From: a virus
DNA: 64,000 nucleotides
IMG/VR virus record: IMGVR_UViG_3300020162_001876
Location: 32,001 to 96,000 of that record
Reading direction: 5' to 3' (one strand)
In this document: in pieces, positions 47,902-56,646 of the stretch
Numbering within the stretch: position 1 is the stretch's first letter
Layout: the number at the start of each line of letters is the position of its first letter
The notes under the pieces: model-generated
What the model was told of the DNA's origin: nothing
Seen by the model: only the letters and a program-made list of their open reading frames with translations
The model's database searches: none
Program-made: the position numbers and the translations under genes

Positions 47902-50445
47902 ATGGCCGATTTAGATTACACTAATATCGCAGGTTCACCCTTTCAACCTTATGTTGCTACTCAAATAGAGAAACGTAAAGCTTTAGTTAATAAAGACTAT
48001 AGAAGTTCATCTGAACTAAATTGGTTATCTAATAAAAATGTTTGGATTAGAGTAAGTTCTGGAGCTAATGTTAAATATGGTAACATGGGTTATCAAGGAT
48101 TACAAGGAGACGAATTATCTAAAAAATACATCCTGCAAGGAGGATTATTAAATCATCTCCCAGGAGCGGACATCTACTCATTACGTTCAGGAATAGGCCC
48201 TGATGGAGCTTATGGTATAGGTGGAACTGATTTTGGTTTGACTCCTATGCCAGGTATGACTAACATTTCTATTAAAACTGGTGGTAAATTAGGTACTTTA
48301 AAAGAAACAACTATTGACTTTGTATGCCATAATATGGAGCAACTTAATATAATGGAAGCTCTATATATGAAATTAGGTTTTGGTTTATTAGTAGAATGGG
48401 GGCATACTTATTATATTGATAATAAAACTGAAAAAATAGAAAATGTTCCTCAACCCCTTCCTTTTTATGGCATTCATACCAAAGAAGAACTAATGGGAGC
48501 TATTACAACTCATAGAAAATTGCATAGTGGTAATTATGATGCTTCTTGGGGTACTATTAAAAATTTCACTTATTCTTTATCTAAAAACGGTACATTTAAT
48601 TGCCAAGTCCAATTAGTAGGAGCAGGAGACATTTTAGAATCCTTAAAAGTTAACATATCAGGAGATTATTCAGGTAGTGCTCCTACAGATAATGAATTAT
48701 CAGGTTCAATATATCCAGTAGTTTCAGATTTTAATAAATCATTATTAAATAAAGCTTTATATAAAATATATTCTAAAGATGTAATTAATGCTCCTGATGA
48801 TACTAGTGGTTTAGAAAAACTAGCTAATAAAGCAGCTGATTTTTTATTTGGAGATAATATAGTAAGGGATAACTATACTATAGAAACTAATATTAATTAT
48901 CTAAATTATATTCAACCTTTTTATTCTAATATAAATCTTAATTTATTAAATTGGGGTAATAATACAGAATTACAAAGAAAAGGATATCATTATAGATTAG
49001 TTAATGAGCCCGGTGTATCTACTAATTATGATGGAGATATAGATACTAAAGTACCAGCTATTACAGTTTCTAATTATTTCGCTCGATTAGTGATGGATTA
49101 CGAATTATCAGGAGAAGAAGAAGCTAATACTACAGATATTACTAAACCAGGTTTAGCTCAAGTGTATATAACTTTAGGTAATTTATTACTATTAATAAAA
49201 TCTACAGGAATGTTATATCAAAGAAATGACGGGGAAGGGTCAGATAAACAACGTCCTTACATCTATATAGATGTAAACCCAGATACTAATAGATGTTTTA
49301 CTTTCCAAGGACATTGCTCTTTAGATCCTTCAATATGTTTAATAGGTTCAGATACTTTACCATTTGGAATAACTTCTCAAGTATTTTATGATATAAGAGC
49401 TAATTTTCCTTGGCATAATGATAATTCAAATTTGGGTGGTAGATTTATGTGGACTTTAGTAAATGTAGATTGGGTAGCTAGTTTAATAAAAAAATGGAGA
49501 GCAAATGATAAAAAAGGAAATGTTTATTTTGTAGATTTAGTTAAAGATATTTTAGATGGAATTTCTAAAGCTACTGGGGGATATAATGAATTTAGAATTG
49601 TACCTGATGATGATTCAAGATGTGTAAGAATACTAGATGATAGAAGAATGATAAATCCTGGGGCAACTATTCCTGATAATTATTATACTGAAATACCTAT
49701 ATTAGGTAAAAGAAGTATAGTTTATGATTTTAATTATACTTCTAAAATTGCACCTAATACTGCTGCTATGATTGTAGTAGCTGCCCAAGCACAACCTTAT
49801 GGAGTTCAAGGAACCGAAAACGCCTTAGCTTTTTCTCATTTAAATAAAGGATTATATAATAGATTAGATACAGTAGTAGTAGATTCGGGGACTGAAAGTA
49901 ATAAAAATACTAATCCTAATAGTAATGTTATTGAAAGATATGTTGAATTAAGAGATTTTATAAAAGAAATTTACAGCGGGGAAGGAGGAGTTAACGCCAT
50001 ATCTGATCCTAATGAAGCTAATAAAATATTAGAACAAAACGAAGCATCAGGTTCAGTAAATTCAGCTTTAGTAAAAGAAGCATTACCTACAGCCTTAAAA
50101 ACTCTTTACTTTGAATTAGTAGCTGAAGCTACAAAAATTGACTCTAATTTTGCAAATACTGAAGAAGCAGTGGCTTTACAAAACTCATATAATGATGCTC
50201 TTAAATGGTTGCAAAATTCTAAAGCAGAAGATTTAGTAGATAGATTAGAATCCTATAAAATCCTATCAGAGTCTACTAAAAAATATAGATATTTAGTAGC
50301 CGATATAATATCAGGTCCTGGTTCAGTAGTAGGAAGTTATCCTACTAGATTTTATAAATCTCCTAATACTTTAGATAGTGATATAGAAAGTGCTTGGGAA
50401 GCATATATTGATAAAATATTTGTAAATTCTAAATCTAATTTCTAA
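47902..50445 (+). CDS. Baseplate hub protein (gp27-like), N-terminal and main part
   Basis: PMPG.T.I, G...L.EWG, GNYDA..G.I.NF; gene order. Confidence 0.65.
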   Translation: MADLDYTNIAGSPFQPYVATQIEKRKALVNKDYRSSSELNWLSNKNVWIRVSSGANVKYGNMGYQGLQGDELSKKYILQGGLLNHLPGADIYSLRSGIGPDGAYGIGGTDFGLTPMPGMTNISIKTGGKLGTLKETTIDFVCHNMEQLNIMEALYMKLGFGLLVEWGHTYYIDNKTEKIENVPQPLPFYGIHTKEELMGAITTHRKLHSGNYDASWGTIKNFTYSLSKNGTFNCQVQLVGAGDILESLKVNISGDYSGSAPTDNELSGSIYPVVSDFNKSLLNKALYKIYSKDVINAPDDTSGLEKLANKAADFLFGDNIVRDNYTIETNINYLNYIQPFYSNINLNLLNWGNNTELQRKGYHYRLVNEPGVSTNYDGDIDTKVPAITVSNYFARLVMDYELSGEEEANTTDITKPGLAQVYITLGNLLLLIKSTGMLYQRNDGEGSDKQRPYIYIDVNPDTNRCFTFQGHCSLDPSICLIGSDTLPFGITSQVFYDIRANFPWHNDNSNLGGRFMWTLVNVDWVASLIKKWRANDKKGNVYFVDLVKDILDGISKATGGYNEFRIVPDDDSRCVRILDDRRMINPGATIPDNYYTEIPILGKRSIVYDFNYTSKIAPNTAAMIVVAAQAQPYGVQGTENALAFSHLNKGLYNRLDTVVVDSGTESNKNTNPNSNVIERYVELRDFIKEIYSGEGGVNAISDPNEANKILEQNEASGSVNSALVKEALPTALKTLYFELVAEATKIDSNFANTEEAVALQNSYNDALKWLQNSKAEDLVDRLESYKILSESTKKYRYLVADIISGPGSVVGSYPTRFYKSPNTLDSDIESAWEAYIDKIFVNSKSNF

Positions 50446-51419
50446 TGGCTTTAATTTTAGATCTCGGAAAAACAGATTCATGTTTAAATACTTATAGAGA
50501 AGTATTCTCTGATCCTTATAAATCAGGAGATGATAACTCCTTCAATGCTGGGGTTATATTACCTTTAGATTTTAGTTTAGAAATGGATGGATTAAGTGGA
50601 ATAATCCCTCATTCGGCCTTTGTAATCCCTTCAAATTCATTACCACAATCATATCTAATCCAATCAGGTTCTGAAGCTGGTAAACAAAAAATTGCTTTTA
50701 TTCTTCATACAATAGATCAAAATTTTAATAATAATAAATGGACAACTAAAATTACAGGACAAACTCTTAATATTAGATTTGAACCACTAACTGAAGAAGA
50801 AAAGGCAGCTATTAAAAAAGCTCAAGAAGCTAATAAAGAACCAAGTTTATCAGATTATGGAAGTGCTGGAAATCAAACTTCTAGTAAAAATAAACAGGTA
50901 GCTTATGATAAAATGGAAGCTACATTCCCTGGATTTAAAACTAAATTAAAACAAGTAGCAGCTAATATAGGAGTGACAGAAGATATCTTAACTACAGTAA
51001 TGTACAAAGAATCGGGTATAAGAACCAATATCAGAAATAGTATAGGGTGTGTAGGATTAATTCAATTTTGTCCTGATAAAGGAGGAGGAATTACTAAAAC
51101 TATAAGTGGTAAAACTTATAATCTATCATTTGTTCAAAATATGAATGGTTTAGATCAATTAGATGTAGTTGAAAGATACTTTAAAGCTTTAGGTTTTAAT
51201 AGTAGTAAAAATTCTAATGCTGGTGAGTTATATGGAGCTACTTTTTATCCTATTTCTAAAGGAAAACCTCAAAATTGGATTATGGGTAGTGAAAAAAGTG
51301 CAGAGTATGCTATCAAAGTAGCCACTCAAAATCCTGGCATAACTAAATTTAGTACTGCTAGATTAAATGGTCAAACTGTAATTGATAAAGCAGCATTTGA
51401 GAAATATGTTTATTCTTAA
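50445..51419 (+). CDS. Hub C-terminal-like domain fused to lytic transglycosylase/lysozyme domain
   Basis: LPL..SLEMDGLSGI...W.T.I.G then MYKESG...VGLIQF...QLD.V..YF. Confidence 0.75.
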   Translation: MALILDLGKTDSCLNTYREVFSDPYKSGDDNSFNAGVILPLDFSLEMDGLSGIIPHSAFVIPSNSLPQSYLIQSGSEAGKQKIAFILHTIDQNFNNNKWTTKITGQTLNIRFEPLTEEEKAAIKKAQEANKEPSLSDYGSAGNQTSSKNKQVAYDKMEATFPGFKTKLKQVAANIGVTEDILTTVMYKESGIRTNIRNSIGCVGLIQFCPDKGGGITKTISGKTYNLSFVQNMNGLDQLDVVERYFKALGFNSSKNSNAGELYGATFYPISKGKPQNWIMGSEKSAEYAIKVATQNPGITKFSTARLNGQTVIDKAAFEKYVYS

Positions 51420-51425
51420 TAAATT

Positions 51426-52022
51426 ATGAAATACTTTCCAAAATCAAGAGTAATAACTAACCAAAAATCATCCCCAGGTCAATTTAAAACAACTAATGGG
51501 GATGAATATAATGGGCTCTATTATACTACATTTAAAGGAGAATCATTCACCGGAGAAAGTCCTACTAATGGTTTTTCAGCTCCCTTAACTGATACCCCTC
51601 CGGTAGCTAGTTTCGATTTTAGTAATCCTACAATTGAAAATTATAAACAATTAAAACCTGTTAATATTAATTTAGTTGATCCTACCCCTTTTACTCCACG
51701 TCCTACTGAAGAAGATTATAGAATTGGTAAAATAACAAGATATTTTGCTAGACAAAGAAATGGCACTACCTTTAGGTTAATGGAAATTGATAAAGCAACA
51801 TATAATGCTTTTGCAAATGGTGTTGGTAATGCTAATACTTCATTATGGAAAGTAGTCTCAATATTTTGGCAGATATCAGGTCCACTTTATAATGAGAAAA
51901 CAAATAATATAACAATTAGAGCTGGTATAATAGATACTAATCAAAGAATATTAGATAAAACTGAACCTAATTTTATTGGTATAAAACAGTATTTAACTGA
52001 TTTAAAACAATTTTCAAGATAA
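51426..52022 (+). CDS. Hypothetical baseplate-module protein
   Basis: ORF track; P.PT..DY..G...RYF, W.ISGP. Confidence 0.6.
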   Translation: MKYFPKSRVITNQKSSPGQFKTTNGDEYNGLYYTTFKGESFTGESPTNGFSAPLTDTPPVASFDFSNPTIENYKQLKPVNINLVDPTPFTPRPTEEDYRIGKITRYFARQRNGTTFRLMEIDKATYNAFANGVGNANTSLWKVVSIFWQISGPLYNEKTNNITIRAGIIDTNQRILDKTEPNFIGIKQYLTDLKQFSR

Positions 52023-52033
52023 TTAAAAAATTA

Positions 52034-52043
52034 AATATTTATA
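52034..52043 (+). promoter_or_regulatory. Putative late promoter AATATTTATA
   Basis: Recurrent intergenic motif. Confidence 0.6.
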
Positions 52044-52087
52044 ATAAACTAGTTTTTTAATAATAGTTAAACATAAATAATTAAAAT

Positions 52088-52780
52088 ATGTCTCATATCA
52101 AATTGCAAGATCTTCTTAATGAAATCGATTGGATAATTAACTCTAAAACAGCCTCTAGTGGAGGAGGTGGTAAAAGATTTATCCCTACAGAAGGAAAAGT
52201 TCCTAGTAAAGTATTTACAAGTTTACCTGACCATTTTAAATTAAGAGGAAGTAGAGTATTAATATCTCCTGATGCTATTATTGCTATAAATTCTATCCAA
52301 AGAGGTAGAGGTGGGGCGACTAATTATAAAGAATTAGTAGGCAAAATCCAACAAGCTTTTGCTGTAAAAAGAGAAAAAGCAGACCTTAATATAGGACCCG
52401 CAGATACTACTAGTGATTTATCTACTTTTAAAAAAGGATTAATAGGTAGACTAGACTCAGCTGTTATAAATGGTAAAGAATTTAAAGTATGGAATGGAGA
52501 AGGTAAAGCTAAAGAAGATGGTAGTTTTATATTTCCATTAAGTCAATTTAAAACTTCTTCCTTACAAGAAAATGAAGAAGGTCTTACTTCACAACTATAT
52601 ACCCTTATTAGTAATGAAATGAGATTAGGTAAAAGAGCAAATATGACTGGGGCATCCCATCATATAGAAGAACATGAAAAAGCAGAAAAAGCAGTTGAAA
52701 ATTTTCTTAGAATGAACCCATCTATGGAAGAACAACGAGATAGAATTGAAGATCATTTTTATAAACAACTATTTAAATAA
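52088..52780 (+). CDS. Hypothetical protein with MSHIKLQDLLNE leader and internal SLQE site
   Basis: ORF track; leader motif. Confidence 0.65.
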   Translation: MSHIKLQDLLNEIDWIINSKTASSGGGGKRFIPTEGKVPSKVFTSLPDHFKLRGSRVLISPDAIIAINSIQRGRGGATNYKELVGKIQQAFAVKREKADLNIGPADTTSDLSTFKKGLIGRLDSAVINGKEFKVWNGEGKAKEDGSFIFPLSQFKTSSLQENEEGLTSQLYTLISNEMRLGKRANMTGASHHIEEHEKAEKAVENFLRMNPSMEEQRDRIEDHFYKQLFK

Positions 52781-52800
52781 AATCTTAAATAATAAATTAA

Positions 52801-52832
52801 TTTGGCTCCTATAAGGAGCCTTTTTATATTTA
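52801..52832 (+). promoter_or_regulatory. Early/middle promoter with palindromic spacer
   Basis: TTTG; GGCTCCT-ATA-AGGAGCC 52804-52820; TATATTTA 52825-52832. Confidence 0.75.
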
Positions 52833-52851
52833 ATTAAATAAAGGTTATAAT

Positions 52852-54183
52852 ATGTTTTATATAGTAGAATCACAAGAGCAATTATCGCAATTACATCCAC
52901 AAGAAAGTTGTTATATTAATACAATCCCATTATCATCTAACTACCACCCAGTATTAACTGAAGTATCATTAATTTATTATAAACCAAAATATGGTAAGGG
53001 ATTAGTATTTACTATAAATCACAGTGAGGGATTTTACTTAAGTTTAGATAAAGTAAAAGAATTTATTTTAAACCATAAAATAATTTATGTTTTAGATAAA
53101 AAAACCACTTCTCATTTAATAGGAGAGGAATTTTTACAAAGTAAAGTACAAGATATTAATTTATTGTCATTACACGCCTCCCCAATCACTCCGTATATAC
53201 AAGATTGTGAAACAAGCATTCACACTCATTTCCAAAGACTTTATAAGGATAAACCATATTTAAACTCTATTATTCCTATTTGTAAACATTATGACACTCA
53301 AGAAAAAATTTATAATGTAATACAAGAATGGGTAGAAAAACAACATGAAATCAAGTATTATAACGAGGAATATATTAAAGTGTTCTATCACATCGAAAAG
53401 CAAGGTATAACGTTAGATTTACCGGTTTTTAATGAAAGTTTTAATTTAAGTAATCCTAAATTTAATATAAAAGATGATAAAATTTATACACAATTTAACT
53501 TAAATAATTTTACTTCTCGTCCTTCAAATTCATTTAATGGAATAAATTTTGCAGCTTTAAATAAACATAATGGACAACGAGCCTCTTTTATACCTCAAAA
53601 TGATTACTTATTTGAATTTGATTATGATTCATATCATCCTCGTATTTTAGCTAAATTAATTGGATATGAATTTGAGGAAGAATCAGTTCATACTCATTTA
53701 GGGCAAATGTATTTTAAAACCAATATATTAACAGAGGAACAATACCAACAATCTAAAGAGTTAACATTTAAACAACTATATGGAGGGGTTTTTGAACAAT
53801 ATAAAGATATTCCATATTTTGCTAAAATTATCCAATATACTGATAAAATATATAAAGATTTTAATTCCCTGGGATATATTGAATTAATAGGAGGGAGAAA
53901 ACTATATAATATAGAAAATGCAACTCCACAAAAACTATTAAATTATATAATACAATCAGGAGAAACTTTTTATAATGTAAATTCTATAAAGAAAGTATTA
54001 GAATATTTGGAGAATAAAAAAAGTAATATTATCTTATATACCTACGATTCTATATTAATAGATTATGATAAAGAAGATGGAAAAGAAACTCTAAAAGGTA
54101 TTAGAAATATATTAGAAAATAGTTTTGGATTTAAAATAAACGCTAGTTATGGGACAAATTACAATAATTTAACAAAAATATAA
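52852..54183 (+). CDS. Compact, divergent family A DNA polymerase
   Basis: TSRPSN; motif A FDYDSYHPRILA; motif B SKELTFKQLYG; NY.IQ; motif C YTYDSILID. Confidence 0.8.
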   Translation: MFYIVESQEQLSQLHPQESCYINTIPLSSNYHPVLTEVSLIYYKPKYGKGLVFTINHSEGFYLSLDKVKEFILNHKIIYVLDKKTTSHLIGEEFLQSKVQDINLLSLHASPITPYIQDCETSIHTHFQRLYKDKPYLNSIIPICKHYDTQEKIYNVIQEWVEKQHEIKYYNEEYIKVFYHIEKQGITLDLPVFNESFNLSNPKFNIKDDKIYTQFNLNNFTSRPSNSFNGINFAALNKHNGQRASFIPQNDYLFEFDYDSYHPRILAKLIGYEFEEESVHTHLGQMYFKTNILTEEQYQQSKELTFKQLYGGVFEQYKDIPYFAKIIQYTDKIYKDFNSLGYIELIGGRKLYNIENATPQKLLNYIIQSGETFYNVNSIKKVLEYLENKKSNIILYTYDSILIDYDKEDGKETLKGIRNILENSFGFKINASYGTNYNNLTKI

Positions 54184-54192
54184 ATAAAAATT

Positions 54193-54660
54193 ATGATTAA
54201 TACACAGGTTATAGATCCTTCATATATTTATTTCAAATACGACATTGATGTCACATGCCCTGATTTAAAAGATATGAATAAATTATTTTGCACATTTTCT
54301 AGCAAAAATGACTTAGAGGAAACTCTTTCAAAAATACAATCTCAATACAAAATTTTATTTAGTAAAATATTTGTACTATACATAGAATCTACTGAGGAAT
54401 ATGTTTGTACTTATAATATAGATCATAATAATATGACTAATAACTTATTATATAATACTATTTTATTACATAGAAAGAAAGAAAGTAATACTCTTTATAC
54501 TATTAATGCTTTAAATGATTTGATTAAATCATTAAATGGTGGTGTGTTAGATAATAGTTTTATGATTAATTGGAGAGATTATCAAAATAGTATATTACTT
54601 ACTCATACAGGAGCATTGAAAAAACTTGATACTAAGATTTACAAAATAATCACTTTATAA
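54193..54660 (+). CDS. Conserved-looking hypothetical protein (true start may be ATG 54274)
   Basis: MNKLFCTF...HRKKE.NTLYTINALN. Confidence 0.65.
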   Translation: MINTQVIDPSYIYFKYDIDVTCPDLKDMNKLFCTFSSKNDLEETLSKIQSQYKILFSKIFVLYIESTEEYVCTYNIDHNNMTNNLLYNTILLHRKKESNTLYTINALNDLIKSLNGGVLDNSFMINWRDYQNSILLTHTGALKKLDTKIYKIITL

Positions 54661-54665
54661 AAACA

Positions 54666-54697
54666 TTTGGCTTCCTTAGGAAGCCTTATTATATTTA
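54666..54697 (+). promoter_or_regulatory. Early/middle promoter with palindromic spacer
   Basis: TTTG; GGCTTCCT-T-AGGAAGCC 54669-54685; TATATTTA 54690-54697. Confidence 0.75.
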
Positions 54698-54738
54698 CGA
54701 ATACAAATTAGTTTTAACATTTTAAATTTAAAAAAGTT

Positions 54739-55566
54739 ATGAATTTAGACTTGATTCAAAACAAGCTTAATGAATTGTCTGCACCTAAAGGGGGAGGACA
54801 AAAAACAAACGATAAAGCACTTAGCTTTTGGAAACCACCTGTTGGGAAAGCCTTAGTAAGGTTTGTACCTTCAAAATTTAATCCTGAAAATCCATTTAGA
54901 GAATTATACTTCCATTATGGTATAGGGAAAAGAACAATTATTTCACCTTCAAACTTTGGTGAAAAAGATCCAATTATTGAATTTGCAAAAGAGCTTCGCA
55001 AAACTAAAGAACCTGAAAACTGGAAATTAGCTAAAAAACTTGAACCTAAAATGAGAGTTTTTGCCCCTGTTATTGTTAGAGGTGAAGAAGAAAAAGGAGT
55101 TCGTTTATGGGAATTTGGTAAAGAAATTTACCAATCATTATTATCACTAGCAGCTGATGAGGATATCGGAGATTTCACAGATGTGATGGAAGGTAGAGAT
55201 ATGAAAGTTGAAACAGTAGGTCCTGAAACTACAGGAACTGATTATAATAAATCTCGTATTATGCCTGCTCTTAAAACTTCACCATTATGTAATGACAATA
55301 GTGAATTAACTAAATGGTTAGAAACTCAACCAGATCCAACTTCATTCTCTAAAAAGTATACTTTTGATGAGATTAAACAATTTTTAGCTGAATGGTTAAA
55401 TCCTGAAGAAGAAACTAAAGAAGAAGGAAGTATTATAGATGGTCCTGCTACAGATTTCGAACCATCTACTCCAGTAGAATCTAAATTTGAATTAGATACT
55501 AAACCAAAAGCTAAAAGGGAAATTCCAACAGCAGATGAGTTTGAGGATTTATTTAACGAAGACTAA
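54739..55566 (+). CDS. Single-stranded DNA-binding protein (T4 gp32-like)
   Basis: FWKP..G...VRF.P; W.FGK.IY; D...GRD; acidic tail EFEDLFNED. Confidence 0.85.
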   Translation: MNLDLIQNKLNELSAPKGGGQKTNDKALSFWKPPVGKALVRFVPSKFNPENPFRELYFHYGIGKRTIISPSNFGEKDPIIEFAKELRKTKEPENWKLAKKLEPKMRVFAPVIVRGEEEKGVRLWEFGKEIYQSLLSLAADEDIGDFTDVMEGRDMKVETVGPETTGTDYNKSRIMPALKTSPLCNDNSELTKWLETQPDPTSFSKKYTFDEIKQFLAEWLNPEEETKEEGSIIDGPATDFEPSTPVESKFELDTKPKAKREIPTADEFEDLFNED

Positions 55567-55573
55567 TTAATTT

Positions 55574-56644
55574 ATGGCCAGTAAAAAAGAAGAAAGCCTT
55601 TCCGGCAAAGTCGGAAAGGCAGTTACTGGAACTTTTTCACTTGATAAGTTCAAAAAAGGTAAAAATTTAGGACAGGGTGCTTCAAATTTTAAACCACAAG
55701 CGTGGATTAAATTTACTGAACCGGTTGCTGAAACATTAGAAATGCCTGGTATCCCTAAAGGGCATATCTCATTAGTGAGGGGTCATAGTAATACAGGTAA
55801 AACAACCTTATTAATTGAAGCGGCTATTGAAGCTCAAAAAACCAACGTACTTCCAGTTATTATAATTACTGAGATGAAACACAGTTGGGAACATTGGTCA
55901 GCAATGGGATTTGATTTAGGGGAAACTGTAGATACAGATGGTAATAAGGAATATGCTGGATTTTTCTTATATGCTGATAGAGAACAACTTCAATCAATTG
56001 AAGATGTAGCAGCATTTATTGCTGATTTATTAGATGAACAGAAAAAAGGAAATTTACCTTATGATTTATTATTCTTATGGGATTCAATTGGTTCTATTCC
56101 CTGCCAAATGTCATTAGAGAAAAATTCTAATTCTCCAATGTGGAATGCTGGAGCGATGTCTCAGCAGTTTAGTAATTTTATTAATCAAAGAATTGTAATG
56201 TCTCGTAAGGAATCACAACCTTATACTAATACAATGCTTTGTGTAAATAAAGTATGGGTAGAACCCGCTTTAATGCCTATGGCTCAACCTAAATTACGTA
56301 ATAAAAACGGTGATAGTATGTTTTTTGATGCTTCATTTATTATTACTTTTGGTAACGTAACTAGTCCTGGTACTCAAAAAGTTAAAGCTACTAGAAATGG
56401 TAAAGAAATTGAGTTTGCATTAAAAACTAAAATATCTTGTGATAAAAATCACGTAACAGGTGTAACCGCTAAAGGGACTATTGTAAGTACAGCTCACGGG
56501 TTTATTAAAAATTCACCTAATGAAATAAATAAGTATAAAAAAGAACATTCTAAAAATTGGGCTAGCATTTTAGGTAGTGATGATTTTGACATTGTTGAAG
56601 AAGAAAATACAGATTTTGTTGGGATAGATACATCAGAAATTTAA
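55574..56644 (+). CDS. RecA/UvsX-like recombinase
   Basis: Walker A GHSNTGKT; catalytic E in ITEMK; Walker B LWDSIG. Confidence 0.85.
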   Translation: MASKKEESLSGKVGKAVTGTFSLDKFKKGKNLGQGASNFKPQAWIKFTEPVAETLEMPGIPKGHISLVRGHSNTGKTTLLIEAAIEAQKTNVLPVIIITEMKHSWEHWSAMGFDLGETVDTDGNKEYAGFFLYADREQLQSIEDVAAFIADLLDEQKKGNLPYDLLFLWDSIGSIPCQMSLEKNSNSPMWNAGAMSQQFSNFINQRIVMSRKESQPYTNTMLCVNKVWVEPALMPMAQPKLRNKNGDSMFFDASFIITFGNVTSPGTQKVKATRNGKEIEFALKTKISCDKNHVTGVTAKGTIVSTAHGFIKNSPNEINKYKKEHSKNWASILGSDDFDIVEEENTDFVGIDTSEI

Positions 56645-56646
56645 TT

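Noticed and set aside
4993-54697. Palindromic elements as a classical repressor operator or REP/MITE family
   Set aside because: Inner bases covary rather than being fixed, and every copy is locked in register between -33 and -7 boxes; kept as a structural promoter element instead
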